Below, one piece after another: positions 13,312 through 24,965 of a stretch of DNA of 64,000 bases (position 1 is the stretch's first letter; each line of letters starts with the position of its first letter). Source of the stretch: Octopus sinensis (taxonomy: Eukaryota); the NCBI RefSeq assembly GCF_006345805.1, contig NC_042997.1, forward strand, positions 203,174,001 to 203,238,000. The letters are read 5' to 3'. Under the pieces are notes generated by a model. The model had not been told where the DNA came from. It saw only the letters and a program-made list of their open reading frames with translations, and made no database searches. The position numbers were made by a program, and so were the translations under genes.

Positions 13312-14879
13312 TATGTATAGAGTGGACATTAGAGGTAGGTGTGTGTGTGTACATGCATGCGTGTACGCACGCACACACACCACACATATATATATATACA
13401 CACAAACAGACATACACATAATACAAAGCTACAAATGAGCAGAAAGAACACTGCAGACACAAAACATCCAAATAGACAAACTTCAGCTGCTTTCTATTTC
13501 TTTCTAAAATAATTAGAAATAAATACTTATTTCCCTTCCAGAAAGATTAAAGCTATCCGTTGTCTTCTCAAATTACTGGATGTAGACAACTTACAAATTA
13601 AAGTAACAGAAGCTCCAACAGACACATAAAACACAGTCGAGAGTAAGTCTTGCCAAATAAATTGTATTAATTACAAGAAATATGTTTATGCCAAAGAAAA
13701 TTGAATCAGATGAAGAACATTAAAAAAAAAAGTACTTAAGAAATGCAAACTATAATGCTGGCAAATATATCTTGAGGTTTTGCATTTAAATTATAATTGC
13801 ACACCATGATTTTAATGATCTTATTTGCATTCAAACAAAGATTACTCTTACTTAATACATATGAACCTAATACAATTGAATGTGATTGTGTGTGTGTGTG
13901 TGTGTGGTGTGTGTGTGTGTGCACGAGCACGTGCATGTCATCATTTAGTATCTTATCTTCCATGCAGGTTAGAGGACTGCATCTTGCTCTATTGTCTGCT
14001 TTGGCATGCTTTCTATGGTTGGGTGCCCTTCCTAATACTAACTACTTTACTAAGTGTACTCTGGTACCTTTTTTTTTATGTGACATCAGCACTCATAGAG
14101 AGAAACTGAGAGATACGTGGGAGGGCCCATCACTGTTCCTCTGGACATTCCTCATTCAAAATCCTGAGATCAGCTTTCACTACTTTGTCTCGTATCTCCC
14201 ACTTCTACAACTTCCATCTATATTAAGCAATCCACACTCCTTTATACAGCTGTCTTCATCCATCAGCAAAATATATTCTATACCAGCACAGTCCTCTCTC
14301 TTGCACACTACATCTAACTACTCTTATGCTTAATTTTTCTCTCAGCACTCTCATGCACACTGATGGACATCCAAAAGAGCAGGCTCACTTCATTTCTGTC
14401 TCGTCCAGGTGTCCTCAACATTCAAGGTTCACACCTCACTAGCATGTAGTTTTACAGTTCACATAAGCATCATACAATCTGCTTTCTACTCAAAGGAAAA
14501 CCTTTTGTTACCCTTAGAGGCAATAGCCCTCTCTTGTTTATTCTTTTTCAGAACATCTTCCTCCACTGCTAATCTGGCCACCTAGGTAACAGAAATTATC
14601 CACTGCTTCAGGAAATCTACTTTCTTTACACTCTCAGCGTTTATAGCTCCTGCATATCTGCCATGTACAAAGTCTATAAACCTGTCTGTGACACTACTGC
14701 ACCTCTTGTGTATCTACAGTTTGGGTACACCATAAGGAATTTCTACCAACTACATTTCTGGATCTAGAGCAAGGCCATTTCCCTGATGGTAGCAGAGTTT
14801 TGTTTTCCTATTTACTAAACTTTCAGTCTTTGCTAAGTTCATGTTAAGGCCTTTTGGTTCAAGGTTTTGCTCTCCCATA

Positions 14880-16729
14880 CTCTCTTTACTCTTTTACTTG
14901 TTTCAGTCATTTGACTGCGGCCATGCTGGAGCACTGCCTTTAGTCGAGCAAATCGACCCCGGGACTTATTCTTTGTAAGCCCAGTACTTAGTTAGTTAGT
15001 TAGTTAATTTGGCTCAAAAGCAAATAGCAAGGCCATGTAGGGGGACATGGAGTTAAGTACAGGGTGGTGTTCATGTAAAGAGTTCAGGCCACTTGAGGTC
15101 CAGGGAGGCTTTGAACAAAGCGGTCGTCGGTATCCTCACCATCTCGTCTGGCAGCTTGTTCCACGGATCCGCAACCCGGACGGAGAAAGCTCCTCTCCTT
15201 CGATTGAGATGAAATCGTCGCAGGTAGAGCTTTTCGGAATGACCCCGCAGCCGATGCTCCGGAGCAGGAGTGAAGAACAGCTCTTTCGAGAGGTTACACT
15301 TCCCGCTTATGATGTTGTGGGCGAGAATGAGATCACCACGGCGGCGGTGTTTATCAAGAGAATAAAGGTCGAGCGTCCTCAGCCTTTCTTCGTAGGACAA
15401 ATTTTTGAGACCAAGAACCATGCGGGTAGCCAGCCTCTGGACTCTTTCGAGATGCTGTATGTCTTTGAGGAGATAAGGAGAAGAGGCTTGAATCCCATAC
15501 TCCAATATGGGTCTCACCAGCGTGACATAGAGTGGTAGGAATATGGCTGCTGTGAGCATTCCGAATGACTGTCGAATCAAAAACAGAATTCCGCGCGCTT
15601 TGTTGGCAGCATGGACGCACTGGGCCGAAGGCGAAAAGGAGGAATCCACCAAGATACCCAGGTCCTTCACCTGATCGGTCCTCTCCAGCAGCAGACGACC
15701 CGGCTCGAAATCAAGTTGAGTTGCAGGAGTAGAGCCGACAGGCAGATGACAGCACTTTGACACGTTCAGACACAGGTCCCAATCGTTAGACCACTTCCAA
15801 ATTTGGTGGAGGCATCGATGAAGATCCTCTATACTACCGCGAGGAGCGACCAGTTTGATATCGTCGGCAAATAGAAGGGTGTGTTGCGTGAGGTCGTCGA
15901 GCAAGTCATTTATGAAGACTAGGAACAACAAGGGCCCAAGCACTGAACCTTGAGGCACGCCACTGCTCGCACTGGAGACGTCGGACCGCGAACCATTAAC
16001 TTGAACTTGGAAGGAGCGATCTGAGAGGAAGGCACCAACCCATCGTACAATATCCAGATGGAAACTATATGCTTGAAGCTTGACAAGTAGTAGGCGGTGG
16101 TTTACCGAGTCAAAAGCTTTGGCAAAGTCCAATAAAACGATGTCAACAGCATCACTATCATCGAGGATGCGCATCACCAATTCTTCCATTACTAGTAAGT
16201 TGGTCAAGCATGATCTCTTCGGCACGAAGCCGTGTTGGGAATCAGTGATCGAGGCTGTGTTTAGGAGGTGGAGCATCATACTTTTCTTAAGGATGGTTTC
16301 GAACATCTTGCTGATTATTGATGTAAGGGAAACCGGTCGGTAGTTAAGCAGGTCTTCGCGGCTCCCTTTCTTGAAAATTGGGCAGATTATCGCTGTTCTC
16401 CAGTCTGCAGGTATAACACCCGTCGCCAATGACTTATTCTATTGGTCTCTTTTGCCGAACCGCTAAGTGACGGGGATGTAAACACACCAGCATCGGTTGT
16501 CAAGCAATGCTAGGGGGACAAACACAGACACACACACACACATACATACATACATATACACATATACGACAGGCTTCTTTCAGTTTCCGTCTACCAAATC
16601 CACTCACAAGGCATTGGTCGGCCCGGGGCTATAGCAGAAGACACTTGCCCAAGATGCCACACAGTGGGACTGAACCCGGAACCATGTGGTTGGTTAGCAA
16701 GCTACTTACCACACAGCCACTCCTGCGCC
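14880..16729 (-). mobile_element. Young tRNA-derived SINE family A, split by CR1 copy 1
   Basis: Tail half 14880-14990 and head half 16432-16729 together reconstruct a copy nearly identical to the intact one at 41091-41520. Confidence 0.88.
14991..16431 (-). mobile_element. 5'-truncated CR1-clade LINE copy 1 with open RT frame (15071-16429)
   Basis: RT motifs NYRPVSLTS, QHGF, LDFAKAFDSV, GVPQGSVLGPLLF, LFADDIKL and LERVQRLATR with no stops. It has a 3' stem-loop, a (TAAC)n tail and an ACTTA TSD (14986-14990, 16432-16436), and it splits a SINE. Confidence 0.93.
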
Positions 16730-17635
16730 ATGTGGAATTTCTTTTCTACTGCAACTACAGATTCCACCATGAGAATGAGATCATCAGCATAGAGTTTCCG
16801 GGGTAACCAGTCTTAAATTTCTGCTGTGGTATGGAAGATTACAATGAATAGTAGGGGACTGAGAACTGACTCCTGGTGAATTCCTCACAGTACCCATTGC
16901 TAACTCTCACCTTAGTAACAGCATCTTTGTGCATGGTTTGTATGGTTCATGCAAACCATTTGTCTATTCATAGCTCTCTAAACAGCAACCAGATCACAGA
17001 GCAAGGGACCTTGTTGAAGGCTTTCTTCAGGTCAACAAGTACAGTGGCCTACCTTCAGCAATTGCTGTCTCATGTGGAAGAGAGCATCTAGTACTTCTTC
17101 CTGGAACAAAAATAAACCACATCCCATCTAGTCTTTCTCTCTCTAATAAATTGAGCTATAACTCCTCCTGTAACTTTCATGACATGGTCTAGCAATTTGA
17201 TTCTCCTCTAATTACCTCCCTTTAAGACACCTCCTTTGCCCTCCACTAGTTGATGGGTATGACACCTTGCACAACCTGATTGGTTATATAGGTGACTAGG
17301 CTGAGTCCAACACCACCTGATGTTTTAAGCATCTCAACATACATACATACCATTTAATGACCACTTTCTATGCTGGTATGGGTAGGACAGTTTGATAGGA
17401 AATGCCAAGTCAGAAGACTGCACAAAACTCTACTATCTGTTTTGGCATGATTTCTACAGCAGGATGCCCTTCCAAACTATTTTACAGAATGTACCGGATG
17501 TTTTTTATAAAGCACCAGCAGCAGTGAAGTCACCAAGTAACTCCCCCACCTCAACTGGGAGGAGGAGTATTGAGAGTCAGAAAAGCAGAAAAGACATACA
17601 CACACAAACGTGTGTGTGCATGTATGTGATGGTAT

Positions 17636-17870
17636 AAGGCAGCAAGCTGGCAGAAACATTAGCACGCCGGGCAAAATGCTTAGCGGTATTTTGTCTACCG
17701 CTACGTTCTGAGTTCAAATTCTGCCAAGGTCGACTTTGCCTTTCATCCTTTAGGAGTCAATAAATTAAGTATCAGTTACGCACTGGGGTCGATGTAATCA
17801 ACTTAATCTGTTTGTCTGTCCTTGTTTGTCCCCTCTGTGTTTAGCCCCTTGTGGGTAGTAAAGAAATAGG
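17636..17870 (+). mobile_element. SINE family B
   Basis: Close match to 13084-13311 over its full length. Confidence 0.78.
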
Positions 17871-19484
17871 TATCAACCAGACTATTGAATTAGATCATTA
17901 GTCACAATACATTTCACGTTTTGGCTTTAGAATGATGCCACCCAGCTGGCCTGGTGGACAGGCCAACATTCCCCCTGATCAGGAGGATTGTCTATAGCAG
18001 GGTTACTCATTTGCAGCTGAGTGAACTGGAACAGTAAGAGATAAGGTGTTTTATCCAAGAACACAATGCATGGTCTGGGAATCAAACTCTCATTCTACCA
18101 ATCATGCGTGCAACACCATAACCACTAGACCACACAACACCCTCATGCACACACACACACACTTCTAACTTTTGAACATCCACTCAAATGCTCTGAATAT
18201 ACAATAAGCATATATATGCATCCAGTACACTATGTAAAGTGGTTGGTGAAAGGAAAAGAATTCAGCCACAGAAAACCATATTGGGGAACATACAGAAGAT
18301 AGTCCTTTACTTGTCTAGAGAAGTAGAATATTCAAACGACATGAGTTGTGATGACCCCTCCAACTTATGACAGTATGGAAAAGCAGATACATAAAAATGT
18401 TCATGATGATATATGTGTGTATGCTTCATTGGTGTATATCACTAAAACATATAAACATCTGCAAAAAAAAACTAACAAATCAGTGATTTCAAACAAAATT
18501 CCTCATATTTGTTCTGCTTGAGCCACACAGACACTTCACAGTCACACTCAGCATTATAAAGGCAGTGAACCAGTGACTTGGTTGTTGCAAAACTTCAGCT
18601 AATGCTATAAAATTTTTTTAAAATACTAATGAATGTCATTTTAATCTTCAAATTTTTCATTTTGTTTCCTCCTTCTTTTTTTCAGTAGGGGAGGGGAACT
18701 ATGAAATCACATTACACCTCACCTCAGCTATTTTATTATTGAGTAATAAAAAAGAAATATGCAGCATCTTGCTAAGATATTAATCTATATAACACACTCT
18801 TAGCTGAGAATAAAATATTTGAATGAAGAGAATCAAGTATTTTTAGAATTAAACAATGAAGAATAGTCAGGAATTTCATCAAAATAATCCTCGAAATAGA
18901 AGAAGTAGCAGCATCTTTAAAGAGTAACAGGATCAAATTTGTAATTTAGACATTTTATACAACGACGGCATTCAGTAAACACCCACACCCACACACAAGC
19001 AAATATAATTCCAAGATGACTTAGCCCTTCAGCATTCACATTATTTTGTCAAACTGTAATGCTTAATTATTCACATAATTAATTCTGAATTAATCATGCA
19101 TTATTTTGTAACTCTGAGAGTTTGAATGAAGTAACTTAATTTTTAGAATGATAACATAGGGTTGGTGTGAGAGGCCAGATCTGACCAGTTTGAACATAAA
19201 ACAGGTGCAATATTTTGGCTAGATATGGCCAGTTTGAATGCCAAAGGTTAATTATCTTGTAAATAAATAGGGCTTTAATTAAAAAAATGATATTGGGGAA
19301 AAAATAGTGAATAGTTCCTCCAAAGGATGAAGGATCTTGGGAAACAAAAACTAGACACTGAATTACTTGAGACTATCATTTAACATCTCCTTTCCAGCAG
19401 AATTAGTTGAGGATAATTTTCTATGGCTGGGTGCCCTTCCTGCTGCTAATCTCCACCTGTCTCCAAGCAAGGTAATATTTCTCT

Positions 19485-19868
19485 GAGTGGCTGTGTAGTA
19501 AGTAGATTGCTTACCAAACACATGGTTCTGGGTTCAGTCCCACTGTGTGGCACCTTGGGCAAGTGTTTTCTGCTATAGCCTCGGGCTGACCAAAGCCTTG
19601 TGAATGGATTTGGAAGACGGAAACTGAAAGAAGCCCGTTGTATATATGTATATGTTTATGTGTCTGTGTTTGTCCCCCCACCATCGCTTGAAAACCGATG
19701 TTGGTGTGTCTACATCCCCATAACTTAGCGGTTTAGCAAAAGAGACCAATAGAATAAGTACTAGGCTTACAAAGAGTAAGTTCTGGGGTTGATTTGTTTA
19801 ACTAAAGGCAGTGCTCCAGCATGGCCTGCAGTTAAATGACTGAAACAAACAAAAAAGGGTAAAAGAGG
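19485..19868 (+). mobile_element. SINE family A
   Basis: Complete head, microsatellite and tail. A minus-strand head follows at about 19960-20135. Confidence 0.8.
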
Positions 19869-20737
19869 CTGATGTGTTTTTCACAGAAGACTGGGAACAA
19901 ATATCATCATTTGTATGATGGTGATGTTTGTTTATAACCATCATGTGAAGCCAAGACAAAGCTAAACACATGAGCACACACAACAGGCTGCTTTCAGTTT
20001 TCCTCAACATAACCCACTCATAAGAATTTGGCCAGCCAAGTGCTATAATAGACAACACTTGCCCATGGTACCACATAGTGGGACTGAACCTAAACCTACA
20101 TGGCTGGGAAGCAAGCTTCCTAACCAAACAGTTACATTCGTGCCGCAATATTGTTAAAAAATATCTGAGGCAGAAGAAGCTAGCAATTAAAGGATCTGGT
20201 TTTTGAAAAGCATTAACAAACAATAAAAAAAGTTAACATCTGAAAAAGAAGAAGTAAAATTTGCAATTCTAAAGAAGTTAGAAAAGAAAGGGAAAATGAC
20301 CTGCAGAAGTATCTAGCACCAAGTGAGATCAATTTTTGAACATAAACCCAGTAATAAAAATAAGAATAGGTCTAATAATTAACACCTATGTTGCTGCATC
20401 AATCAAAGACACAGCTGGAATCCTATAATAGGATTAGAATCATGAAAAAAGACGCAGAAAAGATGAAGACACAGTGGAACTTGTAATGGTATTCAGAGAC
20501 TTGCCTGTACAAACCAACATCAAGTATTATAATTCAATATTATCAAGGCTAGAGGAGGTCATAACAATACAAAAGACAGCATTATCATTAAAGCTGTTAC
20601 ATTGAGGAATAAAAGGATGAATGAATTTTAAGAGCAAGCTATAAAAAAAAAAGAGGAACAAAAATCACAAAAAAGCCAATTTAAAATAATTTCCGTCTAC
20701 AGCAGAAGTAGAGACTGGATGATGTAAATCTAACTCT

Positions 20738-20976
20738 CTTGTGTATGTGTGTGCACAGATGTGTGTGTGTGTGTGAGCAAATGTGCACATACTGTTTGTA
20801 GATACATATATATGTGTATATACACAGATGTATACACATGTGTGTATATACCCATACATGTATGCATTACACATGCATACATACACATTTGCATATGTAC
20901 ATGTGCATATGTAGACACACATGTACATACATATATATACACACGTGCATTTGTATACATGTATGAGTGTACACAT

Positions 20977-21009
<33 letters not shown>

Positions 21010-21035
21010 GAGTGTGTGTGTGTACGTACATGTGT
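20738..21035. repeat. About 300-bp alternating purine-pyrimidine tract (mixed TG/TA/CA/TGCA)
   Basis: Directly visible. Confidence 0.88.
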
Positions 21036-23231
21036 GTTGAAAGCACATTGCTTATGGTTAGGGTGATGGGCTCACAATCATAAAGCCTTTGTTTCAATTC
21101 CAGGATCAAGTTGTGCATTGTGTCCTTGAGCAAGGTACTTCATTGCACATTGATCCATTCTACTCAGCTGAAAATGAGCAGCAGCTGAGTGCTAGTGCAG
21201 CTCTTTCTCTCTTCAGCCGTCACATCCTTGATGTTCCGTTGGTTCAAAAGGTGAGTGCATCAAAAGGGTAACTACACGGGTACCTAAAACAATTAGCAAA
21301 CGCACGGTATATGCTACCAAGTTATACTTGTCCAAGGTTTGGTTTATATGTATTAGTAAGAGCAAATGAGAAAGTTATGACTGTTAGTATAAAAGTAGTA
21401 ATGATAGTATGCATAGGGCATATGCATGTCATATGATCTCAAATGAGAGAGGTGGTGTATTGGAGGGATGATCATTAAGGGCTAGAGAGATCAGTTTTCA
21501 AGTAGGTGTAGTGCACACGTGTGTTATGCATATTACCCTCCATCACTACCAGTTCTAATGCTTGTTTCACTGTACACACACAGGTGGGCAGGTCTTCTCA
21601 CACACTGTCTACTGCCAATCAATACAGTCCTTTGTACTTGAAATACCTTCAGATCACGTCTTTCTTGGCCTACCTCTTTCACAAGTTCCATTCATTTTGA
21701 ACATGTGGCACTTCCTTTATGCATCTCTTCTCTTCCATCCACATCACACATCTGTACCAACAGGCAGGAGATGCAGAAGAAAGAGGACATTTGATTCTCT
21801 TATGTTCATTTTACTTTCTCCTTCCCAGCTTAGCTAAGATCAGCTAAACATCTCTCAGAGACAATGTTATTTTACTTAAAAAGGTGTTTTTAATAGATAT
21901 ACACACATTTAAAATAACAAGCCAAAAGCATGCATGTACATGTGTGTGCACAGTGTGCATGTGTGTGTGTGTGTGTGTGTGTGCATGCATGCATGCCTGC
22001 ACGTGCATGTTTTCTTAAAAGTTCTTAAACAGACATGTATATTTTTCAACTTCAAAAGTAATATTGCAGTCACTACAAGTCAACCATAAGGAACATGAAA
22101 GACTTTCTAATTATTTAAGAAAATACATATTGCATCAAATGTTAAAATATATTTTAATAATACTACCAACATTTTTTTTTCTACATCAATCATCATTTCA
22201 CCTTGTTAGGAGGAATTTGAAAGTTCTAAAATTATTCCTCCAGACTTTGGGTAAGTTTGAAAAAATTGGACCACAACATTCTAGAATTTCCTTAATGTTT
22301 GCTTAAACTAGCAGCAACCATCAACGCCTGATGATATACACAGCCGCCACCCCACTATTCAGAAATAGTGAAACGCGAATGAGAACTGTCTTTAAATGCA
22401 CCGGCTTTTAAAATTTTACTTAAAAAAAAAAAAAATAGAGAAAAGCATAAAACTACATCTTCATATATTTACTTGTGACTAATTATTTTCCAAGAAATAC
22501 GAAAATTATTTGAAAGCTGTCACCTGAAAAAATCTACCCTTTTTACATTAAATACAAAATTACTTTATACTCTAAATATACATCTGGTGTGTATGTGTGT
22601 GTATACACACACACACACACACATATATATATATTCTGTGTAAATATGTATATAACAGTAACTTTATTACCATCTTACATAGAATATAAAGTTACTTTCT
22701 TGAGGAATGCAAATGCTAAAAAAATGGAACCAGACACTGATGGATGTAGCACAAGGAAAAATATGAAGAAAAACTACTCGTATTTTCAGTTGATATATGA
22801 AAAATATCAATTTCTGTATTAAACAAACTGCATTAGTATGACTGGTATCAGCATCTTCTGATTGGAATCGAGGGATAAATACTAAAAGCCAGGAAAACAT
22901 ATAAAGTCAGAGCACAAATGTAGTAATTGTATGTTTAATTTATTTTCATATAAAACAAAAATTCAGAATATACCATTCATCACAATGTAAATGTCATCAA
23001 AGAGATGGTGAGGAGGGCTACAATGAGAGAAGAGAGAGAAAGAGGAGGAGGGATGGGGAGAGGGAGGCAGAAGAAAGTAACCTTTTGATTATTGCATATA
23101 ACTCTAGGAGTTTTAAAATTATCAATTTAATATTTCCTAAAACAAATATAAAATTGGAAATCAGAAAGGGGAGTAAAGAAAAAAATAGAAAAAAAAATAA
23201 AATTTCAAGCAAAGAATATGTATGATTTTCC

Positions 23232-23785
23232 TGCAGACATAGCTGTGTGGTGAGAAGCTTACTTCCCAACCACATGGTTTTGGGTTCAATCCTACTGTGT
23301 GGCACCTTGGGTAGGTGATTTCTTCTTTAGTCTCAGGCTGACCAAAGCCTTGTGAGTGAATCTGGTAGGAGTCTAGGACACTTACCCACCCCCTTATGGA
23401 CAATAACTCTCTCCCCAAGGACAACAGATGATTTAAAACTTCTTAATATATTGGAGAGGGGGTAATTAACTAAGTGGGGTAATTGTCATCGGGGGAATTG
23501 TCTTATGATGGGTAGTTGTCCTGATACGTCTGGTAGACAGAAACTGAAAGACAACCAATTTGTGCGCGCGCGTGCGCGCGAATGTATGTGCCTGCATGTT
23601 TGTTCCCATTCACTGCTTGACAACCGGTGTTGGTGTGTTTATATCCCGGTAACTTAGCAGTTCGGCAAAAGAGGTTGATAGAATAAGTACCAGAAATAAA
23701 AAAAGTGTTAGGGGTTGATCCATTCTACTAAAAATTCTTCAAGGTGGTGCTCCAGTTTGGCTGCAGCCCAACGACTGATAAAAGA
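23232..23785 (+). mobile_element. SINE family A with an internal insertion of about 170 bp (about 23355-23525)
   Basis: The head ends at TCTGGTAG and resumes at TCTGGTAGACAGAAACTG (about 23529), a short direct repeat, followed by the family-A tail. Confidence 0.65.
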
Positions 23786-24639
23786 AAGACTTTGTATGTT
23801 TTCCCTAACCAAGAGCCTAAGACTTACCAAATTTACCCTTTAGATTCAAATCTGAGACAAAGGTTAGGCTTCTTTCATATCAACTAAAATAAATATTTCT
23901 TCTTGTTATATTTTACATTCCTCCTCCTTTCATATAAGAAAGGAGAAAGAAAAAAATACCATTTCAGCTACTTGACTGATATAATTTCTAAATGGTTGAG
24001 GGCACCTAGTTGAAGTAGGAACTAAATATTTCAAGACTTATACAGCATCTGTCTTTGCAAATATATCTTAAGATACTTAAGAGAAAGAGAGAGGGAAACC
24101 TAAATGAGAGATAAACATTTCATAAACAAAACAAACACAACCCTCTTATATATACGACTATCTCCTTGGTACCATTCTCTGCTGTATTACATATCTGGCC
24201 ATCTTTAGATGGTTCCAGTACCACATTGAAATTTTTTCTTTGAATTGCTAACCTTTCACTCAACTCAGATCCCATTTCTAAGAAATGGTCTGTGAGTGGC
24301 CTCCCACAACCTTTCTTACAGCATAACATAACCACTACAGACAGGAGAGAGAGAGAGAAAGAGAGAGAGAAAATGAGCAAGAGACAGAGAGAACAAGAAC
24401 ATAATCAACTTCAGTACTTGACTGAAAGTTAAACATGAAAGGATAAAACAGAAAATTGACCTCAACAGGATTTGATCTCAGATTGCATAGAGCCAGGACA
24501 TATAGAGCAAGACATTTATTTGGCACTAACAATTCTGCTAACACTAGTTTACAGAGAGATTGAGGTAAACATAAAAACAGTTAGAAAATTACTATTTTTA
24601 AATCTCACAACAAGAGATATTCAGCAACAGTACTTTGTA

Positions 24640-24965
24640 GTAAAGATTGTTTGGAAACAACATGTGATTCCTGGTTTAGGACGAATGTTGCTGTAATTTA
24701 GTGCCAGGAGACATTGTCTCCAGCTGGCTAGACGACACAATCTGTCGAACAATTATTCTGTGCTGATGAAGGGAAATAACCCGGAAATTGCAATACACAG
24801 ATATTGTTTTGAGCTGAGTGGGGTTGCTAGATTCCCTTGTTCAAAAATATAAGGACACAGATTGTGTCGTATAGCCAGCTGGAGACGATGTCTCCTGGGG
24901 CTAAATTACAGCAACATTCATCCTAAACCAGGACTGCAAACAATCTTTACAATAAAAATAGCTGC
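24640..24965 (+). mobile_element. Penelope-like pLTR fragment with inverted partial copy (fold-back), carrying the hammerhead
   Basis: Inverted arms 24669-24745 and 24857-24933 (5 mismatches in 77 bp) plus a shorter extension (GTAAAGATTGTTTG / CAAACAATCTTTAC). The hammerhead lies in the spacer and AATAAA is at 24951. No TSD was found. Confidence 0.55.
24757..24801 (+). ncRNA. Minimal type I hammerhead ribozyme (Penelope/retrozyme type), predicted cleavage after A24795
   Basis: TCTGTG-CTGATGA-A-GGG-AAATAA-CCC-G-GAA-ATTGCAAT-A-CACAGA. It has a 6-bp stem I (TCTGTG/CACAGA), the CUGAUGA core, a 3-bp GC stem II, GAAA, a palindromic stem III (ATTGCAAT) and an AUA cleavage triplet. The one non-canonical position is an A.G at the base of stem II. 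Confidence 0.72.

Larger units (their letters stand above)
13937..17330 (-). mobile_element. Old RTE-clade LINE relic (RT domain to 3' tail), interrupted at about 14880-16729 by a SINE and the CR1 copy
   Basis: Degenerate minus-strand translation recalls the RTE motifs IKLLDHVMKVT, DLxKAFxxVP, SPLLF, LYADDL (16730-17330) and NLAKT, LLPL..TKGF, ETW (14100-14880). The ..GAAGGGCACCCAACCATAGAA..ATGATGAC tail follows. Confidence 0.7.

Noticed and set aside
13797-14333. 178-aa plus-strand ORF
   Set aside because: It runs through a microsatellite and the antisense strand of the RTE relic, with no recognisable domain.
15047-15538. 163-aa ORF (173-aa counterpart at 51528-52049) conserved in both CR1 copies
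   Set aside because: It is the antisense shadow of the RT frame. Its conservation reflects the near identity of the copies, and the stop position differs between them.
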